From IMG/VR virus record IMGVR_UViG_3300005529_000004, positions 1 through 64,000 of that record: a DNA stretch of 64,000 nt; one strand, written 5' to 3'. Position 1 is the stretch's first letter; each line of letters opens with the position of its first letter. A program made the position numbers and the translations under genes. Below the pieces are notes generated by a model. The model was not told the origin of the DNA, did not search any database, and was given only the letters and a program-made list of their open reading frames with translations. The DNA is from a virus. Of the stretch, positions 62,588 through 64,000 are shown piece after piece.

Positions 62588-62662
62588 AGCGGAGTAGAGC
62601 AGTCTGGCCAGCTCGCAAGGCTCATAACCTTGAGGTCGCGGGTTCGAATCCCGCCTCCGCTA
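62588..62662 (+). tRNA. tRNA-Met(CAT), initiator-like D-arm
   Basis: AGCGGAG-TAGAGCAG..AGCTC..CAAGG-CTCATAA-CCTTG..GGTTCGAATCC..CTCCGCT-A. Confidence 0.92.
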
Positions 62663-62684
62663 TCACAACCCAGGGAGGGTAGGC

Positions 62685-64000
62685 GTGCATCAACAGGAAG
62701 GGGCGACTCCACCGTCGATCGAGCCAGGGCCAGCTCCGATCGAGAGCGATCGAGAGCTGAGGCCCGGAGTCGAGTCGGTCGAGGACGTCCCGCAGGCCGA
62801 TGTGCTGGCAGCCCGCCCCGAGGACTCGTTCTTGGAGAACGACGATCGCACGCCGATCATGTGGCACTCGAACGCGCCGTGGGTCGGCTCCGGCTATGGC
62901 ACGCAGACCGGCCTGTTCGGTCCGCTGCTCGACACGCAGCTCGGCTATGACGTCGCCTTCAGCGCGTTCTTCGGGTTGCAGGGCGCGCGCCAGGGCTGGG
63001 TCGCGCCGAACGGCCGTCCCTACGTCGTGTACCCAAGCGGCCGCGACGGGCACGGCAACGACGTCCTGGGCGCACACACGAAGCACTGGTTCCGAGGGCG
63101 CGGTGGCTACTGCATCCTGCTGACGGACCCGTGGGTCATGCAGCCGAAGATCATTCAGCGGCTGCCCTGCCTGGCCTGGGTCCCGGTGGACCACGACCCG
63201 ATCATGCCGCGCACACACCACTGGTTCAACGAGTCCGGTGCTATCGCCGTGGCCATGAGCCGCTTCGGGCAGCGCATCCTGGAGGAGGCCGGGCACGAGG
63301 ACGTCCAGTACGTCCCGCACGGGTTCAACCCACGTACCTTCCGGCCGATCGACCGTGGCGAGGCGAGGAAGGCGCTCGGGCTGCCGCAGGACGCTTTCGT
63401 GGTCGGGATGGTCGCGGCCAACCTCGGCTTCCCGTCACGCAAGAGCTTCTCGCAGGCATTCCAGGCATTCGCCCGGCTGCAGGAGAACCACAACGACTGC
63501 ATCCTCTACCTGCACACCTGGATGGAGAATCCTGACGGCGAGCCGCTCTCTGACATGTGCGACGGCCTCAAGATCAGGCCGTGGGTCGCGGACCAGTACG
63601 GACTGACGCTCGGCATCCCCGACAAGGTCGTCGCGGCCACGCTCAACGCCTTCGACGTGCTGCTCAACCCGAGCACGGGCGAGGGCTTCGGCGTCCCGCT
63701 GCTGGAGGCGCAGGCGTGCGGCACGCCCTGCATCACGACCAACTTCTCCTCGATGCCGGAGGTCGCGCCGGTCGAAGCAGGCAACTGGTGCGTTGGAGGC
63801 CAGCCGGTGTACACGCCGTTTGAGAGCTGGCAGCTCACGCCGAGCGTCGAGGAGCTGGTCGAGTGCCTGGAGGAAGCCTACGCCGACGACGAACAGCAGC
63901 GCCTCCGGCGCCGCGCTTCTACTTGCGCGTGGGCCTCGCAGGAGTACCTCGCGGACGAGATCGTGGAGAAGCACTGGAAGCCGGTGCTGGACTGGGCCGC
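62685..64000 (+). CDS. Glycosyltransferase GT4, 3'-truncated
   Basis: MWHSNAPWVGSGYGTQT, VPHG, RKSF and GEGFGVPLLEAQACGTP. GTG after GGGAGG; runs off the window. Confidence 0.88.
   Translation, partial: MHQQEGATPPSIEPGPAPIESDRELRPGVESVEDVPQADVLAARPEDSFLENDDRTPIMWHSNAPWVGSGYGTQTGLFGPLLDTQLGYDVAFSAFFGLQGARQGWVAPNGRPYVVYPSGRDGHGNDVLGAHTKHWFRGRGGYCILLTDPWVMQPKIIQRLPCLAWVPVDHDPIMPRTHHWFNESGAIAVAMSRFGQRILEEAGHEDVQYVPHGFNPRTFRPIDRGEARKALGLPQDAFVVGMVAANLGFPSRKSFSQAFQAFARLQENHNDCILYLHTWMENPDGEPLSDMCDGLKIRPWVADQYGLTLGIPDKVVAATLNAFDVLLNPSTGEGFGVPLLEAQACGTPCITTNFSSMPEVAPVEAGNWCVGGQPVYTPFESWQLTPSVEELVECLEEAYADDEQQRLRRRASTCAWASQEYLADEIVEKHWKPVLDWA

Overview
The whole window reads as one high-GC (roughly 68-70% by eye) tailed dsDNA phage or prophage segment. 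The likely host is an actinobacterium, inferred from GC content, widespread leaderless genes and actinophage-type gene families. No host genes or att boundary are visible. 1-13.4 kb (+): Gly-rich/LamG fibre proteins, a GT4 glycosyltransferase, terminase large subunit, a convergent 8-tRNA array, portal and a 1064-aa MuF protein with a C-terminal HExxH domain. 13.4-36.5 kb (-): recombination and replication genes (tyrosine recombinase, metallophosphoesterase, SSB-like, Sak4-like ATPase, Cas4-like nuclease, dNMP kinase, HD hydrolase, SNF2 helicase, RuvC, PolA, RNA ligase, sigma-70 factor, primase, iteron-like region, DNA methylase). 36.6-64 kb (+): a 2H-phosphoesterase/XkdF protease fusion, VIT1 transporter, more tRNAs, T4-like Rnl1 and Pnkp, a HiPIP-like protein, a HAD/RelA-SpoT fusion, lysins, scaffold, major capsid protein and a second GT4. 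Most notable: (1) head genes are scattered over 56 kb, and many of them plus several effector domains are bracketed by a shared hydrophobic-x-K/small-residue motif, suggesting protease-released capsid cargo; (2) a GGTAGACT -10 box drives many leaderless genes; (3) a 67-bp promoter cassette occurs three times, alongside a sigma factor with an altered region 2.4; (4) several tRNAs have aberrant anticodon loops (non-U33) or missing arms, next to a full RNA-repair kit. All calls come from motif recognition by eye; no database searches were run.
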